A DNA stretch of 32,000 nt, from assembly GCA_025839675.1 (NCBI GenBank), contig CP104013.1:3090001-3122000 (forward strand), given 5' to 3'. A program made the position numbers and the translations under genes. The DNA is from Candidatus Lokiarchaeum ossiferum. Lineage in GTDB: Archaea; Asgardarchaeota; Lokiarchaeia; Sigyniarchaeales; Promethearchaeaceae. The notes under the pieces were generated by a model. It was not told where the DNA came from, did not search any database, and was given only the letters and a program-made list of their open reading frames with translations. Shown here in pieces: positions 1 through 9,319 of this stretch (within the stretch, counting starts at the first letter, position 1; the number at the start of each line of letters is the position of its first letter).

Positions 1-330
1 TGTTTCCCAAATTTCATTATCATTAATAATAGCTCCATCCGCATAATCAACGTTTGAGAAATCGGGATCTTCAATTGAAATTTCAGAATGCTTAGTTTTT
101 TTTTGAGGATTGAAATGATCATGAAGCACTTCTTTAATCAGTTTCACTTTTCCGCTACCCATAAAAAACCGAGGATTTTTCTTCCGCAAATTCTGAGTAA
201 TATAGGAATGAATCGAATATCCTGCTGTTTTAACAAGTCCAAGCATCTCTTCTTTGTCGTATGGTTTAAAAGAAGGATGAAAAATTTGGATAACCACCGC
301 CGATTTCAGATCTATCAGCGATGGGTCCAT
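1..330 (-). CDS. hflX: GTPase HflX, N-terminal part (partial, runs off the window edge)
   Basis: The minus-strand frame is open from the ATG (rc of 328-330) to base 1. It translates MDPSLIDLKSAVVIQIFHPSFKPYDKEEMLGLVKTAGYSIHSYITQNLRKKNPRFFMGSGKVKLIKEVL..., which fits the HflX N-terminal domain pattern (L..tAG..v...r...p..f.G.GK...lk). It is absent from the ORF track because it has no in-window stop. The + strand ORF 88..336 is its antisense shadow. Confidence 0.6.
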   Translation of the reverse strand, partial: MDPSLIDLKSAVVIQIFHPSFKPYDKEEMLGLVKTAGYSIHSYITQNLRKKNPRFFMGSGKVKLIKEVLHDHFNPQKKTKHSEISIEDPDFSNVDYADGAIINDNEIWET

Positions 331-369
331 TTTTAAATTTTGAGTGTGAGAATTTTTTATCATTAAATA

Positions 370-969
370 TCAATCATATTCCGGTTTTTGGCCCCGTTTC
401 TTAAAATATACCATGGATTCGGGAGCAGATTTATTTTGTTTAAGAAATTCGGAATAATCATCTTTTTCATCTGCATCCTCAATTTCTACCAATTTTAACT
501 TGTATTTTTTCTCAAACTTCCGGGCTAAATCTAAAGATAGAGCAGTTGTTCCTTTTTCAATCCGTTTATAATAGTTTTCTTTAATAAAAACGGAATTTGC
601 AAAGTCTTTGCTACTTAATTGATTAGTAGTGCGATATTTTAATAAAATATTGGTGGCATTATCAACAATTTTATATTGAGTAAATCGGTCTTTGCGAACA
701 ACTCTCTTTTTCACTTTATATGGACTATCCGGCATTCTACTTTGTGCAATAGGAGAACTTGAAGCAGATACCATCGATCGAAATTTTTCACTTCTCTGAG
801 ATCTTGCATGTGCCTGAGCTTGTCTTTTTCGATCTATTTTGGGTACATCTCCCAAATCTTGACAATTAGGACATACTTCCATAATTACTCCTTCAACCTC
901 TCTACGTAACAACGTATAAGTTTCATTTCCACAAAGTTCACATTCGCCTTTATTTCCCATTTTTCTCAC
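370..969 (-). CDS. Archaeal MBF1-like protein: N-terminal zinc ribbon plus C-terminal Cro/C1-type HTH
   Basis: The N-terminus has CELCG...CPNC (a CxxC-x22-CxxC zinc ribbon). The C-terminal segment LSSKDFANSVFIKENYYKRIEKGTTALSLDLARKFEKKYKLKL fits an XRE/MBF1 helix-turn-helix. This architecture is typical of archaeal multiprotein bridging factor 1. Confidence 0.7.
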   Translation of the reverse strand: MRKMGNKGECELCGNETYTLLRREVEGVIMEVCPNCQDLGDVPKIDRKRQAQAHARSQRSEKFRSMVSASSSPIAQSRMPDSPYKVKKRVVRKDRFTQYKIVDNATNILLKYRTTNQLSSKDFANSVFIKENYYKRIEKGTTALSLDLARKFEKKYKLKLVEIEDADEKDDYSEFLKQNKSAPESMVYFKKRGQKPEYD

Positions 970-1125
970 AAAGTTACTTATTAGTTAGAATAAAGGAAAC
1001 ATCCCAAAAAAATATGTTTCATTAATCAAATCTCAAAGCGATAACCCGAAAAATTATTTATCTAAAAAATCATAGCGGATTATGGGAAAAATCGGTTTAG
1101 AAGAAAAAGAGAAGAAAAAAAGAAC

Positions 1126-1371
1126 CTATTTGCCACCGCTGATTTTTGGAAGCACAAGAATTTCATCATTCCTTTCAATTTGCATGTTGGAGTCTGCTTT
1201 TTGACCATTAACTAAAATTGCAAAATATTTGGTTTCAATATTTAATTTTTGTATTACATCATGGACTTTTGATGCATCTTTTACACGATAAGTAGTCATT
1301 GAAGAAATTTCATTCAATTTTTCCAATCCAACCATTCGATTCAATATTTTCCCTCCGATTAAATACGACAA
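1126..1371 (-). CDS. Small beta-grasp ubiquitin-like protein (ThiS/MoaD/SAMP family), C-terminus ...SGGK
   Basis: The C-terminal half ILVNGQKADSNMQIERNDEILVLPKISGGK matches the ThiS/MoaD pattern (VNG....d..l.dgDeV.i.P.vsGG). The track start is a TTG. An internal ATG (rc of 1333-1335, MVGLEKL...) is about 13 nt downstream of a GGAGG and may be the true start, giving about 69 aa. Confidence 0.65.
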   Translation of the reverse strand: MSYLIGGKILNRMVGLEKLNEISSMTTYRVKDASKVHDVIQKLNIETKYFAILVNGQKADSNMQIERNDEILVLPKISGGK

Positions 1372-1496
1372 AAAGATCTTACCTATTTAAACTAAAAACA
1401 TATCTATAAATGTAACTAAAAGTGTTGTCCAATTCTCAATAGAGAAAAAATATCCGATATTATTGTTTTTAAAACAAACCCTGACTTAATCAACAT

Positions 1497-2150
1497 TTAA
1501 TCCCACGGATTGAATTTTTCTCGACTTTTCATGTTAAATTTTTTCTGAATATCATTAATCAATTGATTTTTGCAGTAATCATCAATGAACTGTTCAATCA
1601 ATTCTTGTTCTGAGAAATCATAGCTTTCTGCAAGATTTGAGTTTTGAGAAAAAATGTAGTTAATTATTGAAAAAGCTGTATTTGGAATATTAGAGACAGA
1701 ATGCATCCTAAAATTAGGATTCGAATTTGTTTTTAAAATTAAATTGTTCAAATGGTTTGAAAAATGAGATAAATTAGGATATTGAGCAATTTTCATTGAT
1801 TTCATGTATTCAGGATTTTCAACAATGTTCTCATCGAGAAATAAAAGGAATGATTCTGATATCTCATCTATCAAAGCATGAGAGAATGAAGGAGGTAAAC
1901 CAGTTGTTATGACTAAAACATCAACTTCTTGCTCAAATTGCTCAAAATAAGAACTTTCAAAGTCAAATAGATATTTTCCAAGTTTGATTGATCTTAGTTT
2001 ATTATTCGCTTCTTGGCTCATGGACCTCGCAAAGGTTTTTAATGCAGAGAAAAAACTGAGGAGCAAATTAGGATCGATAAATTGTTTGGAAAAAAAATGA
2101 GTAAATAGTGGAATTCCATTCCCGTCAGAAATTAGAACTGCTTCAATCAT
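1497..2150 (-). CDS. Longin-like (SNARE-like/roadblock superfamily) domain protein with a C-terminal extension
   Basis: The N-terminus MIEAVLISDGNGIPLFTHFF...LLLSFFSALKTFARSM...VDVLVITTG...ALIDEISESFLLFL reads as beta-beta-alpha-beta-beta-beta-alpha. It resembles AP-sigma/longin N-termini (MI.aiLi.n..Gk.rl..wy). This is a pattern-level call only. Confidence 0.4.
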   Translation of the reverse strand: MIEAVLISDGNGIPLFTHFFSKQFIDPNLLLSFFSALKTFARSMSQEANNKLRSIKLGKYLFDFESSYFEQFEQEVDVLVITTGLPPSFSHALIDEISESFLLFLDENIVENPEYMKSMKIAQYPNLSHFSNHLNNLILKTNSNPNFRMHSVSNIPNTAFSIINYIFSQNSNLAESYDFSEQELIEQFIDDYCKNQLINDIQKKFNMKSREKFNPWD

Positions 2151-2203
2151 AAATAACCAATATATTCCTTTAACAAATCTTGCTATTTAAATTCAATTGA
2201 AGA

Positions 2204-3457
2204 CTAAAATATAGCTTTTAAATCAGAAATGAAAGATTTTAAATGATCCCGTTTTACATGGGGCATCATCACCACTCGCATAACATCCCATTGAGAAAAT
2301 TTACCAAGAGCCCATCCTTTCGCTCGAAGCCGAGAATCAAATTGATCAAAATTGATCGAAGCCTTTGAGGTCAATTTTAAACCTAAAACATTCATTTGTG
2401 GAGTGGTAGCAATTTTCACTTCTGGGATTTGAGTAATTTGATTAGCTAAATAGAGAGTATTTTCCCAACAGCTCTTTGTTATTTTAATGAAACCATCCTT
2501 TCCAAGGAATTGTAAAAGTGCCCAAAAAGCAATGGCTGGAGCACCTGGGCGGGTCCCTAGAATATTGAAAGATTTAAAGGATCCTCCAGCGAGATAAGGA
2601 ATTTCAAATTTTGAATGAATTGTATTAGAATTCCTCACTAATATTGCACCAGAAGGATTTACTCCCATTCCCATTTTATGAGGATCAACAGTCATCGAAC
2701 AAACCTCTGGATTCCGAAAATCAAAGGTAGGATAATAGTATCCGAACTTTTCCATAAAGGGGAGAACTAATCCGCCAAACGCAGCATCTACATGAAGATA
2801 TATTTGATAATCGCGAGCAAATTGGGAAATTTTATCAATAGGATCCACAAGTCCAAGCGAACTGGTTCCAGCAATGCCCACAAGTCCAACAGTATTCTCA
2901 TCAATCAATGATTCATAGTGATTCAGATCCAGTTCATAATCCTGTTGAAGACGAGCACGCCGTAACTGTAACCCCATGAGAGCTGCTGCTTTATCAAATG
3001 AATAATGAGCAGATTCAGGAATGACAATCGAAGGATTTTTAACATAAGGTTTTGATCGTTTTGCGAGATACATTGCTATCAAATTGGCTTCAGTACCCCC
3101 ACTTGTCATATTACCTTGAATATTATTATCTCCAAGTAAATTGCCAAGTAAAGAAATAGTTTTGTGCTCAATTTCAGCGGTACCAGGATTAATTCCACGA
3201 TCTCCTAAATTTCGATTCATATATTTTGCATATACCAACTTTGCAAATTCATGAGGCTCGGTTGTCATAGCACCTAAAATTTTTCCACTAGAATAACTAA
3301 GATCGGATTTAAGAAGATTATCAAGCTGATCAATAATTTCGCCTTGGTTTTTTCCATTATTCGCGAATCCATCAGGTTGGTATAATTTTTTGGGGAAAAA
3401 TGAGTCGATATTATTTAGAATTTCAAATATGGATCTACCCTTTTCACTCATTTCCAT
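2204..3457 (-). CDS. mfnA: PLP-dependent L-tyrosine/L-aspartate decarboxylase (MfnA type)
   Basis: Group II decarboxylase motifs are present: SGGTEANLIAM, HVDAAFGG and the PLP-lysine motif DPHKMG. Length and overall pattern fit archaeal MfnA. Confidence 0.85.
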   Translation of the reverse strand: MEMSEKGRSIFEILNNIDSFFPKKLYQPDGFANNGKNQGEIIDQLDNLLKSDLSYSSGKILGAMTTEPHEFAKLVYAKYMNRNLGDRGINPGTAEIEHKTISLLGNLLGDNNIQGNMTSGGTEANLIAMYLAKRSKPYVKNPSIVIPESAHYSFDKAAALMGLQLRRARLQQDYELDLNHYESLIDENTVGLVGIAGTSSLGLVDPIDKISQFARDYQIYLHVDAAFGGLVLPFMEKFGYYYPTFDFRNPEVCSMTVDPHKMGMGVNPSGAILVRNSNTIHSKFEIPYLAGGSFKSFNILGTRPGAPAIAFWALLQFLGKDGFIKITKSCWENTLYLANQITQIPEVKIATTPQMNVLGLKLTSKASINFDQFDSRLRAKGWALGKFSQWDVMRVVMMPHVKRDHLKSFISDLKAIF

Positions 3458-3761
3458 TTGATGTAACCCCAGAATTAAATAACTTAATTAATTCCTAAAA
3501 TGATCCTTTTAAAATTCAAAATAAGGTTTTAATCTTAACTAGTATATACTACAAATCCAAGAATAATTCTCTTCAAAAAAGAATTTGATCAACTATTTTA
3601 TTGATTAAACAAAATTTTATCTAATTTATCTAACATCTGACTAATTTTTCACCGTTTTTTTGCAATTTTTCCCCAGAAGTTTAAATATCTGAATTATCCT
3701 TACAAATTTGTTTAATAAAAAAAAGAGAATTTTTTATCACAACTCATGAGGAAAATAAACC

Positions 3762-3914
3762 ATGTCAGATCAAATACATTTCAGCGACGTGATTGCTATC
3801 ATCATTCAGAAGATTCAACAAATATGGAACGAGTATGAATTCACCGAAAGTGATTTTTTGGAGGAAATACCCCCAGTTAAATTTCTTTCCAGTATAGATT
3901 ATGACTTAATGTAG
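3762..3914 (+). CDS. Possible small acidic protein (50 aa), hypothetical
   Basis: ATG..TAG ORF below the track size cutoff: MSDQIHFSDVIAIIIQKIQQIWNEYEFTESDFLEEIPPVKFLSSIDYDLM. A GAGGA lies about 10 nt upstream, and a TTTAAATA box sits at 3680-3687. There is no homology evidence. Confidence 0.2.
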   Translation: MSDQIHFSDVIAIIIQKIQQIWNEYEFTESDFLEEIPPVKFLSSIDYDLM

Positions 3915-4019
3915 AAATTTTTTTTATCTCCTTCTGTTAAAAAAAACAAATTTGTTTCGAGTTTTATTTTTAAAAATTATCAACACTATGATTTTTTTAA
4001 TTAGTGCTTACAGTGTTAT

Positions 4020-6062
4020 TTGTCAATGGGTAAAAAAAAAATAGTTCTTAGAAAAAAAGAGAACAAGATTCCTGAACGTTATAAAAAAGAATTGAATGAG
4101 GAACAATATAAAGTAGTAACTCATGAAAATGGCCCTGCATTGGTAATAGCTGGAGCAGGATCAGGGAAAACCCGAGCATTAACCTATAGAGTTGCACTTT
4201 TAATTGAAAAAAACGAGGATCCTGCCTCCATTGTATTAGTAACCTTCACTAAAAAAGCTGCCAAGGAAATGACAAGTCGGGTTGAATCACTTGTTGGATC
4301 CAAAGCGCGTGGTATAAATGCAGGCACTTTTCATCATTTAGCAAATCGAACATTACGTAAATATGCACAAACTATTGGTTTTTCTAATAATTTTACGATT
4401 TTGGATAAAACTGATCAAATTACCTTAATGAAACTAATATTAGCGCAATTCCCCAAATCAGAATCTGAAAAGCGAACTCGATTTCCAAAAGCTCAACAGC
4501 TCCTAGAAATCCAGTCAAAAAGAATTGATCTTACCATAACACTGAAACATGTGATAAAGGAATATTTCCCACAATATGCAGATCTAACTGATCCCATTAG
4601 GAAAATTTTAGATCGCTTTGTTTCCAGAAAAAAAGAAACTAATCTCATGGATTTTGATGATCTCATGGTCTATTTCTTAGTTTTTTTGGAAAAAGATGAA
4701 GCTTCGAAAAGCTTTAAAAAAAGAATTAGTCATGTATTGGTTGATGAGTATCAAGATGTAAATTCAATCCAAGCAAGAATTGTGGATAAACTCGCTGAAT
4801 ATGCTCATAGTTTAATTGTAGTCGGGGATGACGCACAAGCGATCTATAAGTTTCGAGGTGGAGATTTTACTCACATGTTAAACTTTCCAAATAATCATCC
4901 CACAGCATTACAGTATAAATTAGAGACAAATTATCGCTCAAATCCTGAGATTCTTAGTTTAGCAAATATTTCCATTGGACATAATCAGAATCAATTTAAA
5001 AAAAATCTAAAAACATCACGTCCTTCAGATGAAAAACCGATGATGGTCCCGTGTGCAGATCTGGAACAAGAAGCGGAATTAATTTGCCAACAAATTCTCG
5101 AATATCGAGATCAAGGGATTCCCTTGAATGAACAGGCAATTCTTTTTAGATCAACATATAACTCTCTAAATATTGAACAGAAACTGGTTCAGGAAAACAT
5201 CCCCTATGAAATGCGAGCCGGAATGCGATTTTTTGAACGGGCACACATTAAAGATTTACTGGCATTTCTCAGTGTGATTGTAAATCCTGCGGATCAAGTG
5301 CAATGGATGCGAATCCTTAGTTTACATGAAAAAATTAGCAGTGTGAGTGCCCAAAAAATATTAAACATCTTTTCCCCGAATTCCAATCAACTAGAACAAT
5401 TTTGCTTTTATGATTTGGTCTCGAAGCTAAAAGGTAAGCGCATTCAAAAAATAGGGATTCATAGCTTGATTAAATTACAAAATTTTTATAAAAAACTTAT
5501 TATGGACATTCCTAAAAGGTGTCTCCTCCCCACGGAGCAATTTGCATCTATCCCACAAATAATCGCGAAAATCATAAAATATCTCACCCCTATAATTAAA
5601 GAAAATTATAAGAAAAATTTTGAAGATCGATTGCGGGATCTGGAAGAGTTGATGGGTTTTGCATCAAAATATTCCGATATAACATCACTACTTGGAGATA
5701 TTCTGACCCAATTTGACATTCAAGGCGAGACTATAAAAGAAGGAGATATCGTTGAAGAAGAAAAACCCTTAATTCTATCTACTATTCATTCATCCAAAGG
5801 GTTGGAATGGAAAATTGTGTATATGATCAATTTGGCCGAAGGACGGATGCCTAGTTCAAGGGCCATTGGGAATTCGCAATCGATGGAAGAAGAACGTCGA
5901 TTATTTTACGTTGGTTGTACCCGTGCGAAAGATGTATTAATGCTAACTTATCCTAGGTTTTTACCATATCGATCATTTGATTCAATTAGTGGTCCTTCGC
6001 GATTTCTGACGGAAATTCAATCAGCAGAAGTTTTTGATGAAATCGAATTAGAAGAAGAATGA
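4020..6062 (+). CDS. UvrD/PcrA/Rep-family superfamily 1 DNA helicase
   Basis: Motifs present: Walker A AGAGSGKT, motif II VDEYQD, VVGDDAQAIYKFRG, NYRS and TIHSSKGLEW. The track start is TTG at 4020; the ATG at 4026 is the more likely start. Confidence 0.9.
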   Translation: MSMGKKKIVLRKKENKIPERYKKELNEEQYKVVTHENGPALVIAGAGSGKTRALTYRVALLIEKNEDPASIVLVTFTKKAAKEMTSRVESLVGSKARGINAGTFHHLANRTLRKYAQTIGFSNNFTILDKTDQITLMKLILAQFPKSESEKRTRFPKAQQLLEIQSKRIDLTITLKHVIKEYFPQYADLTDPIRKILDRFVSRKKETNLMDFDDLMVYFLVFLEKDEASKSFKKRISHVLVDEYQDVNSIQARIVDKLAEYAHSLIVVGDDAQAIYKFRGGDFTHMLNFPNNHPTALQYKLETNYRSNPEILSLANISIGHNQNQFKKNLKTSRPSDEKPMMVPCADLEQEAELICQQILEYRDQGIPLNEQAILFRSTYNSLNIEQKLVQENIPYEMRAGMRFFERAHIKDLLAFLSVIVNPADQVQWMRILSLHEKISSVSAQKILNIFSPNSNQLEQFCFYDLVSKLKGKRIQKIGIHSLIKLQNFYKKLIMDIPKRCLLPTEQFASIPQIIAKIIKYLTPIIKENYKKNFEDRLRDLEELMGFASKYSDITSLLGDILTQFDIQGETIKEGDIVEEEKPLILSTIHSSKGLEWKIVYMINLAEGRMPSSRAIGNSQSMEEERRLFYVGCTRAKDVLMLTYPRFLPYRSFDSISGPSRFLTEIQSAEVFDEIELEEE

Positions 6063-6091
6063 AAAAAGAAGTTCCAAAAAAATATCTCAAT

Positions 6092-7684
6092 TCAAGTGTT
6101 CATTGTTTTGTACAATTTTTTATTATTGGAATAGAGTTTCTTGAAGACTTTGAAATTCTTATCATAGTGAGCCTTATACTTCTCTTGTGGTTTGAAGACT
6201 TTTTCAATTGGGATAAATTTTTTAGCAGCTTTGAAGGATTCTATTACACCCAATCCAATTCCACAAATGATTGCTGCTCCAGTTGCACCAGCATTTTGAG
6301 GATCTTCAGGCACTTCAACAATCCTTCCTGTAACATCCGCAATTATTTGAGACCAAACATCAGATTTTGCACCGCCTCCAACGTACCTTAGTGTTTTTTG
6401 ATAAGGAATTTTCAATTCTTCAGCTTCTAAACACCATCGAAAATTGAAAGCAACACCTTCCAATACTGAACGAATCATTTCACGCTTGCCAGTGTTGAGC
6501 CCCAAATTAAAGAACATCCCTCTCACATACGGATCTTGAGCGGGAGCGCGATTTCCATGAAGCCAAGGTGTGAAAATAATGTTAGTTGGTTCGATTTCGG
6601 ACACTATGGCATTCATATAATCAAAAAGACTATTAAATTCATCATTTTTATCAACAATATTTTGCTTATCTAGATATACTCCAATTTCATCCAAAGCAAG
6701 ATGGTCTCTAACCCATTGCAAACAAATTCCTGTGGTTTCCATTTCAGCAATGTAATTATAATGATTTGGAATTCCTCCTAGTAAAGACACACAGAAATGG
6801 CCTAAATCTGCCATTCTTTTATCAACATTTGAGACGACCCAACCACTAGTTCCTGCATATAAGTGAGTATCATATAAATCCGTTGCCCCTGATCCAATGG
6901 GAATATTGCTTGCATCACCACCACCTGCATAGATTGGGATAGGACCTTCCAAACCCATTTCTAAAGCTGCTTGTTTAGTCAAATTTCCTACAATATCAGT
7001 AGCATTAACAACTTTTGGTAAGTGTTCCATATTTACTTTGACCATTTTACACAATCCTTTATGCCACCTGAGCTTTCTTGGACGAGTGTCATAAAGCCAT
7101 GTTAGCTGAGCACTATCCCCGGTCATACAATAATTTCCCGTACACTTAAAAATAAGGTAATCTTTAACATCTAACCATTTATAAGTCTGCTCAAACACTT
7201 CGGGTTCGTTATTTTTTACCCATAGATATTTAAACAGTGGATCTTTAGCAGTTCCGGGTCCACCTCCTGTAATAATCAACCATATAATTATTTTAAACCA
7301 ATGATAGCCCTCAATTCGGATCAATCCATGAGCTAACACTTTTTCAAATTCCTTTACTGCTCTTCCATCCAACCAGATCATTGGTCTTCTTAAAACTTTC
7401 CCGTTTTTGTCTACCATTATGGAACCTTGTAATTGTGTTGTAAAAGAGATACCATGGATATTTGAAGGGGAATGACCAGAATGCTTAATTATTTTTTTTG
7501 TACCAATACATATCGCATTCCACCAGTCCTTTTCATCTTGTTCCGCTCCACCATCTGGTGTTGTATAAAGAGTATATTCCGTCATAACACAATCAAGAAG
7601 TTTTACAGATCCTTTGATCTCATAAAGACAAGATTTCATCCCAGTTGTTCCAACATCATGAGCTATTACATATTTTACTTCCAT
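6092..7684 (-). CDS. FGGY-family carbohydrate kinase (xylulokinase/glycerol-kinase-like)
   Basis: N-terminal HDVGTTGMKS (actin-fold phosphate 1), an internal GTSGWV, a C-terminal YVGGGAKSDVWSQIIADV, and a length near 530 aa. All are typical of FGGY kinases. Confidence 0.8.
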   Translation of the reverse strand: MEVKYVIAHDVGTTGMKSCLYEIKGSVKLLDCVMTEYTLYTTPDGGAEQDEKDWWNAICIGTKKIIKHSGHSPSNIHGISFTTQLQGSIMVDKNGKVLRRPMIWLDGRAVKEFEKVLAHGLIRIEGYHWFKIIIWLIITGGGPGTAKDPLFKYLWVKNNEPEVFEQTYKWLDVKDYLIFKCTGNYCMTGDSAQLTWLYDTRPRKLRWHKGLCKMVKVNMEHLPKVVNATDIVGNLTKQAALEMGLEGPIPIYAGGGDASNIPIGSGATDLYDTHLYAGTSGWVVSNVDKRMADLGHFCVSLLGGIPNHYNYIAEMETTGICLQWVRDHLALDEIGVYLDKQNIVDKNDEFNSLFDYMNAIVSEIEPTNIIFTPWLHGNRAPAQDPYVRGMFFNLGLNTGKREMIRSVLEGVAFNFRWCLEAEELKIPYQKTLRYVGGGAKSDVWSQIIADVTGRIVEVPEDPQNAGATGAAIICGIGLGVIESFKAAKKFIPIEKVFKPQEKYKAHYDKNFKVFKKLYSNNKKLYKTMNT

Positions 7685-7943
7685 TCAAAATTCTTCCTAT
7701 AATCAAAATTTTCCTTAAAAAACTATAAAGCTTTCTAATTTTACGTGAAAAACCAAGAATTTAACCTCTAAAAGAGTATCTAGTTTTGTATTTTTTTACT
7801 AATCAAAAACATAAATAATACCAAAAAAAGTTAATTGGAGGGGAGTGCTTTAGATTTTGAGTGCAAAAATAGTCATATTAATATTGGGAAATGGCAATAA
7901 GTAACCAATTTCTTTGTATTACCGTACTGAAGAGTGAGAAAAC

Positions 7944-9284
7944 ATGGCAAAACAGAACACTACGAGTCAAAAAATAGTATTGCTAAGTCTTTGTAATGTG
8001 ATGTGGGGATTAATACCATTACCCGCATCAAAGTTATTTGCAAATTATTCTACCTTTCTGATTATTTTCGCTCGTTTTTTAATGATGACAATCTTCACTC
8101 TGGGGTTTATATTAATATTTATATTGTATCAGCAAATGCATTTAAAAAAAAAAAAAAAGCAATCTATTAAAATTAAGGAAATTGTGTCGTATCTAGCAAG
8201 TAAAAATGTGGAATTTTTTAATTTTCCTCAATGGCTATATTTGCTGTTCCTCGCGGTTTTTGGAATGAATTTGATGACAATTCTCTTTTTTTGGGGTTTA
8301 AAATCGGTGGGTGTAATAATAACATCAATCGGAGTCATTTTTTCTTTAGTTGTAGTCACAGCTGTTAATTGGGGGCGGGGAAAAGAAGAAATGTCTCCTT
8401 TCAAAGCTTTATACTTAATCACATTAATAGGAGCAACAGTTATACTCGGGATTATTAGCCAGAATCAACAATCTGGAGAAAATCAACAGTTTTCGTGGAA
8501 TACAATCGGAATTATTATTGCTTATGGCTTAACTCTTTCATTTTTTGTCATCAGCAGTTCAAAAGACAAGATGAGTCCAAAAGAATTTACCCTTCTACGA
8601 ATAAATAAAAACTATAGACTAATCAGAACATTTCTAAAATTAGGAATCCTTTCTTTTTTTGCCTCATTAACCTTCATTCCATTACAATTAATCTTCGGAA
8701 TTCTACCTTTAGGAAATGAAATATCTGGAGAAATCAGCCGATTTTTCTCAGAAGTTCACCTTTGGTGGACTATTTCATGGACTGGGAATGGAATTATCCT
8801 GATTTTAATCTGTACAATTGCGCCATATTTTTTATATTATTTTCTTGCAGCAAACTGGCCAAAACATACTTCTTTTGATTTATGGGTAGGAGTTTTACAA
8901 TTAATAGAACCCATAATTAACCTCATATTGGGGGTAACAATTTTAGAGGAAAATTTCCCTATTTCATGGTTAGTAGTGATCATATTCTTGATGGGTATCG
9001 CAATAGTCACCAGATATCTCAGTGAAACTGAAGCCCAGATTTTTGCCTTATTTCTTCTAAAAACAAAACCGAATCAAAATAAAGAAGCAATGACCATTGC
9101 GTACTCGTTTAAGGCGGTTCGGCAAGTTTTTTCTCTGATTGGAAATTATGACCTTATGCTGGATGTTCAGCTCCACTCATCACAAGCGTTAAATAAATTT
9201 ATCCAACAGACTATCCTCAGTCTTCCAGGTCTAATTGAATATGATATGCTGATTATTACAAATACTGAAATGGATCGAAACTGA
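7944..9284 (+). CDS. EamA/DMT-type membrane transporter fused to a C-terminal Lrp/AsnC-type RAM (ligand-binding) domain
   Basis: About 10 hydrophobic segments with an EamA-like start (LCNVMWGLIPLPASKLF...ARFLMM). The last ~86 aa (nt 9024-9281), QIFALFLLKT...VFSLIGNYDLMLDVQL..ALNKFIQQTILSLPGLIEYDMLIITN, follow the RAM beta-alpha-beta-beta-alpha-beta pattern (GeyDlll.v...d...l..f....l..ipGV). Confidence 0.7.
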   Translation: MAKQNTTSQKIVLLSLCNVMWGLIPLPASKLFANYSTFLIIFARFLMMTIFTLGFILIFILYQQMHLKKKKKQSIKIKEIVSYLASKNVEFFNFPQWLYLLFLAVFGMNLMTILFFWGLKSVGVIITSIGVIFSLVVVTAVNWGRGKEEMSPFKALYLITLIGATVILGIISQNQQSGENQQFSWNTIGIIIAYGLTLSFFVISSSKDKMSPKEFTLLRINKNYRLIRTFLKLGILSFFASLTFIPLQLIFGILPLGNEISGEISRFFSEVHLWWTISWTGNGIILILICTIAPYFLYYFLAANWPKHTSFDLWVGVLQLIEPIINLILGVTILEENFPISWLVVIIFLMGIAIVTRYLSETEAQIFALFLLKTKPNQNKEAMTIAYSFKAVRQVFSLIGNYDLMLDVQLHSSQALNKFIQQTILSLPGLIEYDMLIITNTEMDRN

Positions 9285-9319
9285 ATAAAAAATGAAAAAA
9301 AAGAATGTGATTCAACACC

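Noticed and set aside
88-336. 82-aa + strand ORF at the window start.
   Set aside because: The opposite strand encodes a clear HflX N-terminal domain across the same bases.
6059-7702. The + strand ORFs 6059-6391 and 7472-7702.
   Set aside because: Both are antisense shadows of the well-supported FGGY kinase gene (6092-7684).
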